Of a stretch of 64,000 nt of DNA, positions 1-10,301 are shown in pieces (position 1 is the first letter of the stretch; each line of letters begins with the position of its first letter). The notes below the pieces were generated by a model that was not told the DNA's origin, did not search any database, and worked only from the letters and a program-made list of their open reading frames with translations. The stretch spans positions 66,218,001 through 66,282,000 of the forward strand of contig CM052817.1 of NCBI GenBank assembly GCA_028534125.1, read 5' to 3'. Origin of the DNA: Lama glama. Its lineage: Eukaryota. The translations under genes and the position numbers were made by a program.

Positions 1-2538
1 TTGCCTGTAACCCTAAATATTTCTTAATCTTTCATAATGACATTGGTTTATTGCAAAGAGAGACCCCTTCTTCAATAGCAGGTTGTGTTTTATCAGTCAG
101 GAAAGCAGTAAGATGTGGTACTTGGGTTGACCTAGCCACAGGCAGGATGTGGCTGCCAAAGCAGAACTATAAGTCTTTGAGCAACAGCCACATCCTCCTC
201 CTACTAGTTCTTTATTTAGCTGATGGCATCTCCCAGGATTCTGACGTTAACCAAAAGTTCACATCGTCTCTGTGTTGCTATCATACCCTCTTCTTTTACC
301 AGCAGTTCTCACAATAAACTCAGCGCAGAGCACAGGGCATAGAAATGATGGAAATATTAGGCATTAGAGATTTCAAACCACCAAGCTCATTTAAGCAGAG
401 TATTCTAGCAGGGTGATACCAAGATGAAGTAATAATCCAACAACAGTTATTTATCTTCCTATGTTAAAAATTATCTGTCCTTTGTTATCTCAGAAAACCA
501 TCAGCATTTCTTCTCTGGTTTACTTTAATTTGCAGCTATCTGAGTGCACAGAAGGTTCAACCTGTTCTGCTAGTGCTTGGACAAGGTAGTGGACGTTGTT
601 TACAGTGGTTTAAAAACTCTTAAGTGTTGGAAACGTTTTAATTGTCATAGAAAATGAATATTGTAGCATGTGTCTCTGTTCTAAATCACTGGAATAAGAT
701 AACTTCTGTTTTGCTCCCTGCTCACATTAACACAGTTAGCAAGAAGATCAGGGGACAGCCCCAACTGCTCCAGACTGACAGCTGCCCTCAGTTAGGGTAT
801 TTAGGGACTAAGAAGAGGTATCATTCAGCTTGTACGCTGTGATTGGCTCCAGCTTCCATAGTTTTACGTCGGAGGAATTCTGTGGGCAGAAATACAATTC
901 CTCCATAGGTAAATGCAGAAACTGCTGTGATTTGAAGGAACAGTGGTATGTTAAAGAACAGTGAAATACTAAAAGAAATATCCCAAAGTCTTAGAGAAAA
1001 TGGGAATGAAAGAGTATAATTTTATATAGTAGATTTGACAAATACACATATTAAGCCTGCTTAATGACAACAAAGTTTAGATTTCCTAATGTCTGTTATT
1101 CAGAATGCATGAATTTATGATTAGGATCAGAGACTGATTTTGAAAACCTAAAACTCCTCAGATGATGATTCGTATTTTGTGGCATGTAGATGCTATCAGC
1201 CGAATGTTATGACTCTGCCCTCAGGTTTTTATTACCAAGATCATTTTCGTGACTTCCTACAAGTGGGCTTTGTGTCTCTAAGAGATACTTATAAATGTTT
1301 GGCTAAGTTTGCAAACACTCAGGTTTTCAAAAGAAACCTATGTGACGTGCAGAGACTGACTGAGATGTGTAAATGCTGAAGATAAGGTGATTGTACAGAA
1401 AATAGAACAGAAGTAACTACAGCAAGGATCAGGGTGGAAAGCCCAGCCAAAAATGAGAAATTTAAAACCCCTGTGTTTTGTCAGCAGCGGCTTGGCAGCT
1501 GGAATAGGAAGGACAGAGGAAGTCAGACCCATACTGGCTTCCAGAGGTCTGCTACAAGAAAATGGACCCCTAGGACCAGATGGTTTTATGGCTTTGGTAA
1601 ACAATAGATTTGCATAATGTTTCCTCAGTAATTCTGTCAGGAAGAGTGTTGAGCTAGAAAACAATGTACAATTGTGCCTTTTTTTGAAAACTAGCTCTCT
1701 AAAAGACCAACTGGTAATTAGGGAGAAACCGACCTGTTGGGAAGGACAGAGTAGGTAATGAACTATTACCTGACTATCTTGACTACAAGGTAATGGTAAA
1801 TAACTGATATGTTTGAAAGTCTTAGGTCTCCCCTGGTGGCCATATTATGAACCAATTATCATACAGAAATGAGGGTTTCTCTGATTTCAGGCACCACCTC
1901 CTTAAGATTTCCTTGTTCTGATTGGTAGCTTCCTTTGACCTTTTTTTTCTCTAAGGCTTGGGTGACTGCCATTTGGTTTCTCTTCAAGAAGAATCAACAA
2001 ACCACTTCACGCTGAATTCTTTTCTGGTATACACACGCATCACTACTCCCTATTGATCTCAGGAAGTGGGATCCCCATACACCTTTTGAACAAAATCCTC
2101 TGTTTCATCAAGTGGATGAGTACCCTCATCTGCTTCGTTCAACCGATTTAATGGCAACAATTATTTCCACAGGTGGTTTCTGCACATATAAGTACAGGTT
2201 TCTACTTTATAACAAATCCAAAATGGGCCAGTGGAATAATACACCACTAAAATCCACCTTCTCTATCCTCCAAACATGGCAACAATCCCCTCCCCACAAT
2301 ATTGACGTTAAAAGGCAGGGCTTGCAAACTCAAAAGCCTTCAGTGCTCGTTTGGGTAATACAAATATAGCTGAAGTTGAAGGGAAATAAGGACTGATAAT
2401 AGGGAATGTTGACAACATCATTAACTGGCAAGCCTGGTCTGAAGTCAGCAGCTGTCCAGCTCCAGAAAATTGTTGCCGTGTAATAAAGTAGCCCAAGAAA
2501 TGCCCCATCTACTGGATTTTCAAGAAAAGTAAAATTGA

Positions 2539-2755
2539 TTTTTTTTTTTAAATTGAAGTACAGTCAGTTTACAATGTGTCAGTTTCTGGTGTATGGCATG
2601 TTTCATTGTAAATATACATATATATTCATTTTCATAATCCTTTTCATTATAGGTTACTACAAGATATTGAATATAATTCCCTGTACTATATGGAAGAAAC
2701 TTGTTGTTTATCTGTTTTATATATAGTAGTGTGTATCTGCAAATGTCGAACTCCT
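2539..2755 (-). mobile_element. Artiodactyl/camelid-type L1, 5'-truncated 3' end
   Basis: Poly(T) followed by TTGAAGTACAGTCAGTTTACAATG...GGTTACTACAAGATATTGAATATA; near-identical motifs at 32305, 63399 and 63945. Confidence 0.85.
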
Positions 2756-2984
2756 ACATGAAATTTAGTCATAATGAATTATCCTTTTCTATGCTTCTGG
2801 GTTCAATTTGCTGAATATTTTGCTTAGAAAATTTTTCATTCACATTCATGAGTTGGCCTGTCATTTCTCTTTTTCTTCCTGCCATTTTGAGATTGAAATT
2901 ATGCACATCAAGATATGAAGAGATGCTAACACTGAGAGAGTGTTAACTCTTCTTTTGTCTTTCAGATGACAAATTTGGGGATTC

Positions 2985-3510
2985 TTTTTTAAAAACATTT
3001 TATTTTGAAATAAATTCAGGTGTCTGAAAAATTACAAGAATAGAACAAAGAAATCTTATATGTGCTTCACCCAGGTTCCGTTTCACTCATTGTTAACATA
3101 TTGTCACAGTAGCTTAATCATTTTCTCTCTATTTTTTCTTGAGCTATTTGAGAGGAGGTTGCATATATCATGACTCCTTATACCTAAAATTTCACCACAT
3201 ATTACATAAGAAGAGGAGCATTTCGTTATATCACTAGAGTACGACTAGCAAAATTAGGAAAATTGCCATTATTAAAATACTATTGTCTAATATTTAGTCT
3301 GTAGTCAAATTTAGCCAATTATCTCAATAATGTCCTTTATAATACATATTTTTTCTCTCTGATTCAGGATTCAATCAGGTATATAAATTGTTTTTAGTTA
3401 TTTTACCCCTTTAGTCTCATTACTCTAGAAGAATTTCTCAAGATTTTCTTTGTATTTTGTGACATTGATCATTTTGTAAGATGGTAACCAAATATTTTGT
3501 AGAATCTCCT
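2985..3510 (-). mobile_element. Old L1MC/L1MD-like 3' UTR within degraded L1M sequence
   Basis: TTTATTTTGAAATAAATTCAG...CTTCACCCAG resembles the antisense L1MC 3' end; boundaries approximate. Confidence 0.6.
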
Positions 3511-4019
3511 GTAATTAAAACAGGAATTATTTCTCCCTTGAAAATCTGTAGAATTCACTGATGAAGACCTATGTCTGTGTTTGGAGGTTTCTTTGTGGGA
3601 TGATTTTCAATGACTGACTCACTTTCTTTAACTATCACGACTACGAAAGATATTTCTCCTTTACTCATTTTGTTAAAATTTTCTAGGAATTTATTTGTTT
3701 TGATTGTATCTATTACTGTAAAGGTGCTTATAATATTCTTTTATTAACCTTTTTACTGTCTATAAAATATGTAGTTATGTCTACCTTTAAATTTGCAATA
3801 ATGTTTTTGTTTATCTTCTTTTTTTGAATTCTAGACTTTCCTTTTAGGTGTACTTTTCTTTTGTTTGAAGTATACCCTTAAGAATTTCTTTCAGGGAGGA
3901 TTTTTGTATCATCATCATCAGGGTCCTTGAAAGATACCTTTGCTGGTTACGGAATTCTAGGTTGACAGTTATTTGATCTCCTTGAAAGAATCTGCCCAAA
4001 GTTGACCACTTATTTTTGG

Positions 4020-4550
4020 GAAGGGTCTCATATAGGGTGTTGTTCATGTGCATTCCTGACAGATTGGCTCTGTCACACTTTTGACCACTCTTGGGCTATT
4101 GGTGATGTCCAACCACTGTTGACACTTTTTCATATTACTATTCAAACTATTATGGCCAATGAAACAAATTTTTCACCTTGACAGTGGTGTGCTTTTTATT
4201 GCACAAGCCACTCAACAGTGGGCCAATAGTCAAGATATCTGATAGATCTTCTACACTCTCTATCGTCCACAGCATCTTGTATTGTCTTAGAAAGCCCTTC
4301 TCAAAATTTGACTCAATAAGTTTTCTAACTCTGTATTCCTCAGCTCCTCCTGGTCTGCACCCCTAAGTAAAAAGAGTTTGGTCATTGAGTGAGGCTGTTC
4401 CTAGAAAGGGATGATTTTCTATTATCTGCTTCCTGGTTAACAATCAGGATAAAAATTTGGACTTCTGCCTTGACCATTCTTGGGAGTGATACTTCTTTAT
4501 TTCTCCAAATGGTAACCCTAAAGTCAGGATGTGATTGTACACGTAACAAT
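4020..4550 (+). mobile_element. ERVL-class endogenous retrovirus pol (integrase core) remnant
   Basis: Manual translation: *QI (4057, WQID-like), YW*CPTTVDTFS (first catalytic D at 4121), LDSGVLFIAQATQQWANSQDI**IFYTLYRPQ (second D at 4180). Matches the SDNG..F.....QQWA...I.W..H.P..P integrase pattern, with stops and an internal deletion. Confidence 0.75.
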
Positions 4551-4559
4551 TCAAAGTAA

Positions 4560-5320
4560 TACAAATAAATTATTAGAATTAATAAGTGGATTTCACAAAG
4601 TTTCTTGATATAAGGTGATATGGAAAATATATTTAATTTAGATGGGTTTTCTCAGTGATAAAATAAAATTAAAAAATCAAATAATACCCTGTATTGATAC
4701 TACTACTGGTGTATGCATAAATTAAATATTTTCCTCTTTGGAAAACAGTTTGGCATTATCTACCAAAGTTGAAATTATGCATAAAATACAATCTGGCAAT
4801 TGGACTCTTAGGTACATATACTGAAGGGAAATGGATACACATGTATAAAAGGAGATGTATGCATAATGTTCATAGTAGCATAATGTTATCAAACTGATAA
4901 CAAATCCAGTGTTCATCAATAGTAAAGTAAATACTAAAATAATAATAAATTGGTAAAATAAATAGTAAAATATAGAGAATAAATATTTCTACAATGAATA
5001 ATAAGCAATAAAAGTGGATGGCACTGCAGATATATAGCACATAGTTTCTATTCTATCAAAATTTCTCAAAGTAATCACACACAAAATAATACATATTGGG
5101 TGATTCCTTTTATATTTAGTTCAAAAAGTAAGAAAAACAATAATGTTAATTGATACAAGTTTAGTTGCAAAAACTGTGAAGAAAAGCAAGGAAGTGATAA
5201 TCATAAAATCCTAGATAGTAAAATACTTCGGAGTGGATCAAAGAGTTGTGGTTGGGAGAAGGCATAAGGCAAATTTCTAGAGTGTTGGGTATGTTCTGTT
5301 TTCACTTGGGTGATAAGTGT
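4560..5320 (+). mobile_element. Old L1ME-like ORF2 end and 3' UTR
   Basis: TTTGGAAAACAGTTTGGCATTATCTACCAAAGTTGAA...GCAATT..ACTCTTAGGTA; boundaries approximate. Confidence 0.65.
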
Positions 5321-5329
5321 TTTCTTTTT

Positions 5330-5646
5330 CTTGTTTGTTTGTTTGTTTTACTGACTTTATAATTGGCTTACAATATTAGTTTCAGGTGTGCAACATATTG
5401 ATTCAGTATTTGTATAAATTACAAACTGATCTCCACAGTAAGTTTGGTTACCATCTTGTCACCATACAGTTATCACAATATTATTGACTATATTCCCCAC
5501 ACTGTACATTTCATCCCCATGAGTTACTTATTTTATAACTGAAAGTTTGTACTTATTAATCTCTCTCATCTATTTCTCTCATCCACCACACCCTCCCCTC
5601 TGGGGAACCACCAGTTTGTTCTCTGTATCAATGAATCTGTTTCTGT
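5330..5646 (-). mobile_element. L1MA9-like 3' end
   Basis: TTAGTTTCAGGTGTGCAACATA...CCCTCTGGGGAACCACCAGTTTGTTCTCTGTATC; homologous to 42470-42730. Confidence 0.8.
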
Positions 5647-5929
5647 GGCGAGAATAGGAGATACACAGCAGTCACTTGTCCATAGCAATTCTCAAATCCC
5701 ATTAGGCATATATGGTAACAGTTTATTTTTCTCTTATTAAAAGGTCATTGTGAAATGAAATAATAGCCTTCCTTCATATTAAGGCTTAGCCTTTTGGAAC
5801 TTGGGGCTTCTAACATTGCTGCAACAGAGGAAGAGAGAAATAAAGGAGGCACTCACTCCAGTAAGCATTTGGTAGACATTTACTTTTCTATCTGATACAA
5901 AATAGTTTTGTGCCGTTCTTTCTGCATAC

Positions 5930-6150
5930 AGGAAAAATACTCAACCCTTCTCTGTGGGATTCAGTCCAAATACCTCATCTTGTCAGTGCATGTAGCTCAG
6001 AGTTCAGGGTTGCTAGATGATTTACAGTAGTCACTGCATCAGGTCCAGATTATCTCCTCTGTGTCTGGAGATCTAAAAAGGAAAAGAATTAATCTCCTTC
6101 CATACCTCCACACAATCCACAGGCACAGGATACTGGCAATAAACATTTCC
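5930..6150 (-). mobile_element. MaLR internal (MLT1-int) remnant
   Basis: CATCAGGTCCAGAT...CAGGATACTGGCAATAAACATTTCCC resembles the remembered MLT1-int consensus. Confidence 0.45.
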
Positions 6151-6364
6151 CGTAGTCAGCTCTTCCAGATCTTGAGTTTTGACATGTCACCTGGGGAGGG
6201 TTTCTCTGTTGGTTACTGTAAGGATGACTGTCTTACTTCCACAATGTAAGGATATTGTTTCTTGGAAGTATTCTAAGCACTTAGACTTATTTTCCATACT
6301 GCTCTCCCCAAATAATATATTAGTAAAGATAATCTATTTTTGGTTAATGAAATAGAGTGATGTG

Positions 6365-6688
6365 GGGTCATAATCTCTTAACAAAAAATTTTAAAATCCA
6401 GAATTTCAAAAACAAAGCAAAACCAAACCCTAAATTCTTTGATGTTTAGTGATAAGTTACCTTGAACTGAAATGAAGATGTTTATACTCCTTATTTATTT
6501 CATTTTATGTGAATATTCATATATTTCACTGCAGCTGTATAAATGTGTTTGACTAGGGGCTACTGCTTCAGATACCCACTGGGAATGCCTTCTCATATAT
6601 GCTCTGTGCCCTTAAAATTGGAAAACTTTTACAACACATGCAAAACACTTGTTGCTCTAAGAATTTAAGATAAGGGATTATGGATCTG
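6365..6688 (-). mobile_element. MER46C-like Tigger MITE
   Basis: Ends with TIR GATAAGGGATTATGGATCTG plus TA; internal GTGAATATTCATATATTTCACTGCAG...AATGTGTTTGA matches MER46C antisense. Confidence 0.7.
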
Positions 6689-7689
6689 TACTTACCTTTT
6701 TTGCTATTAGTTTTTTGACCTGCTAAGTGTTTGACACTGAGAAAAAATATTTACATGCTAAACAATGCTGTAAAAGTTTCAATGTTGATTTAACTTTTCA
6801 ATCTAAAAACTTTAGATACTTGCATTTTTTACTAAGTTATTATTGAGAACCATGACCATTGTGTTACACAGTGTTCTCTCTTTGAATAAGAGATATTTAT
6901 TTCTGGTGTTTAAACAGGAAAAGCTGTTACTCCTGAAGACTCAGCCTTGTGCACATTTCCTTGTTCATTGCTAGAAATTTATAGCCATATTTGGTCCCAG
7001 GTATATGGTGTGTAATTTTTTTCTACTATTCTCATTTTCTCATTTCTGACTTCATGGTGAAATTCTTTATTCTTTTGATTCTGTTTTCTCCTTTGAATTT
7101 ACTTTATCTTTCTTTTGTGTGTTTTCTATTCCCTTACCTCAATTATAGAGACAGAGTAAACAAATGCAATAATTAGATAAATAAAAATTTCATGAAATAT
7201 TAAGAAGAATGTTAAACAGGGCTAAATTCCTGTAGAAAGGTATTCTCTGGTATGTGCATATGTGTGTGCTTTGACAACCTCATAATATATTATTCTGTCA
7301 TTACCCACATTTTGTGAATAGTCCTTTTATAACCATTCTTAAATTATAGTTTTTTTGTGCCAGCTGTTTTCTACCAGGACCCTGACTGATAAAATAATTG
7401 GTACCAGAAGCAGTCCCAGAAAATAAACTGTCAAAATGGTATCAGAGGTTGGGTTGCCCATAAAAATCATGAAGTGCAGAGATAACTTTCTTGCAGGGGG
7501 AAAATGAGTCACAGGTAAATCTATGACATGCAGTGGTGTCACAGTTACTCAAACTGTCACCCGCGGTAGTGCCTGAGGAAGGCATGAAATTAGGACAGTG
7601 CTTGTGAAATTTTAATGTACGTACAAACCACTGCAATTTCTTGTTAAAATCTTTTGCTGATACAATAAGCCTGTGATGGTGTATAAGAG

Positions 7690-7757
7690 ACTACATTTCT
7701 AACAAGCTCCCAGGCGATGCTGATGCAACTGACTGATACCACCAATTAAGTAGCAAG
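7690..7757. mobile_element. MER5-family hAT-Charlie fragment
   Basis: CATTTCTAACAAGCTCCCAGGCGATGCTGATGC. Confidence 0.6.
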
Positions 7758-7849
7758 AATTAGGAGATTGGATAGCTGGAGCACTCAGCTTCTATGGCGA
7801 CAATAATAATGAAAAGATTAAGTCAACTGGCTCCTTATGTCTCTAGAGA

Positions 7850-8590
7850 TGTAAGTAGGCTAAGTGGAGATATTGAGAGCTATGAATATACATTTGAGAA
7901 GAAATGTGGAGGTTATCATGTCTCATTGCAGGTTTGAAGTTGTCAGTCATCTGCTGTAGGTGCAGGGAAGATACGGCTCTGGATCATGCCCATGGTCTAG
8001 CTGACAGTAAGGATTACAGAATGGCAGTGACAATTAAATGCTAAGTTTTTAGAAAGGTAAAGTAGAGGTGCCAGTGAGAAAGAAAGAGGCCTCAGAGATG
8101 GGAACCCTTCAGCAGACATGGGAAAGGATGAGAACTTGGAACCTTCCAGTTCTTCTGGAACCTTCAAATTTCTCATTGACAGAGGCAAGGCATCTTTTGT
8201 CATCTGATGGAACCAGCCTTCCTCAACACACGAACTTTCCAGTCACTCTCTTTGGGAAACTCTTCTCTGAGGGTGATGGCAGTTCTCTCCCTGGCTCAGG
8301 TTCATCTACTCTCATTGCTGCCAGGACAAGTCTAAGAGTTGGATTCTAAGATAGCCTGGAATGTAGGTATAAGGTCTTCCTTAGGAGAAGCCAGAATTTA
8401 AGAGAAAAACATTAAAAGACATCACTGATCTTTATCAGAAAGAGCCTGGGCAACATGGGTGGTAGTATTAAATCAAGGAGGTAAAAATGTAAGGCTCAAA
8501 TAGGCCAAATTAATTGCCAGGAGTGTACTCACCCTGGATTTGGCCTTTCTTGCATTTTTAAATTTCCTGGGAATGGTAATTGGATTATGT
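7850..8590 (+). mobile_element. ERVL-class gag remnant
   Basis: ATCAGAAAGAGCCTGGGCAACATGGGTGG...ATCAAGGAGGTAAAAATGTAAGGCTCAAATAGGCCAAATTAATTG resembles ERVL gag; heavily decayed. Confidence 0.5.
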
Positions 8591-8604
8591 TATCCAAACT
8601 AATT

Positions 8605-8870
8605 TTCTTTCTTTCCTATGGTAAAAACCACATAATGTAAAATTTGCCATCTTCACCATGGTTAAGTGTACCATTCAGTGGTTTTGAATATATGCACATT
8701 GTAGTGAAACAGGTCTCTAGAACTTTTTCATCTTGCAAAACTGAAACTCCATGCCTATTAAACAACTCCTCTCTTTCCTCTCTGCCCAGCTTCTATAAAT
8801 ACCATCTACTTTCCGTTTCTGTAAATTTGACTACTTTATGTGATAACCTCTCATAAGTGGAATCATATAG
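8605..8870 (-). mobile_element. L1MB-like 3' end
   Basis: AGAACTTTTTCATCTTGCAAAACTGAAACTC; homologous copies at 31125-31318 and 61745-62105. Confidence 0.8.
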
Positions 8871-8885
8871 TTCAGGAACATTCTT

Positions 8886-9010
8886 GGGGAGGAGGATAAT
8901 AGTTCAAGCGGTAGAATGCATGCTTAGCATGCACGAGGCCTTGGGTTCAGTCCTCAGTACCTCCTCTAAAAATAAATAAATAAACCTAATCCCCCCTCCC
9001 CAAAAAAACA
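8886..9010 (+). mobile_element. vic-1-like tRNA-derived SINE (camelid)
   Basis: GGGGAGG..ATAGTTCAAGCGGTAGA (A box) ... GGGTTCAGTCC (B box) ... CAGTACCTC plus A-rich tail; homologous to copies at 55005 and 60619. Confidence 0.85.
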
Positions 9011-10145
9011 GTCTTGCAAAAAAATAACCTAAATCAGATCAAGCCCATGGATCTAACCACAAATATAGAGGAAGTGCAGGGGCAAGATGACATGTTAATG
9101 GCACCAAAGGGATGTAATCAGCAAAACTCAGACTGTGGGAAACTAAACAAATAAAATAATAATAATCAAGAACATTCTCGGCATAGCATCTGTAGAGAAA
9201 ACAGTCCAAACTTCAGAAACACGTATATGTTGTGATGGATCTGTATGTACAGTTTGTTCAGTATCCATCTCCCTTAGACATAACCCTGTGAGACCGTGGA
9301 GAGATGTTTTGCTTTGGCCTGATGATTCAAATCATCTTCTCAACATATTTCTTGATCATGTAACTTACCATCACACATTTCCTGAGTTTTTTCTCAACTA
9401 GCTTTTTCTTCTACTCTTGGTGGTATTATTCTTCATATATACTTTATTAGACATCTGTGTGTTAAAAATGGGAAACTAACTGCTATCTTAATCAGTTTTG
9501 AGTGTGTGTGTATATATATTAGGTCTCCTATATATCCATATCTATATATATTCTGTATATCTGATCTAAAATGCTTTTTAGGACATAGTTTGTCTCTAAG
9601 TGATGGACTTCCTGTAGATTAAATTCAGTCAAAAGTCTTTGAGGGCTTGTGTTCCAAGTTAAATATTGTTGGCTTGACCTTGAAACTCAAAAGTCAGAAC
9701 TCAGAAACTCAAAACTCAAAGTCTCAGATGAGTATGTCTAATTAGTGGCATTTTATATACATATAAATGTATAAAATATATTACTATATTCATTATATAT
9801 TTATATATATTTGTATATTTTACACATATTTATATATATTACACACATATATGTAAAACTTAATCCACACTTCAGGGAGGTCTGTGAATTTGAGTTCTGA
9901 CTCCATTTGGAGGCATTTCAACTCCTGTATCTTTCTGCTCTGTTCTAGGTGAATTCTTAAATTCTAGTTTAAATACAATAACTCTGTATATGATTTCTGT
10001 GACTTCAACTGTTTTCTTTTCAAGATTTCTGAAGGCTAGTTTTCAGCAATTCCATTTCAGCATCTTCAAAATAGGAAAAAAATCTCCTATTTTTATTTCA
10101 AAGATACTGCTTCCTCCTTATCTCTGAGTATTCTATGTCTCCTTA

Positions 10146-10301
10146 TAGTTGACACTTGAACAACTATAGGGGTTAGTCCACCAGTAATCTGTGGATTTAA
10201 CCAACTGTGGATTGTGTAGTATTGCAGTATTTACTGTTGAAAAGTGTCCCAGTATAACTGGATGCATGCATTTCAAACTTATGTTGTTCAAGTGTCAACT
10301 G
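10146..10301 (-). mobile_element. MER8-like Tigger2 MITE, internally deleted
   Basis: 19-bp TIRs TAGTTGACACTTGAACAAC / GTTGTTCAAGTGTCAACTG flanked by TA on both sides. Confidence 0.85.
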
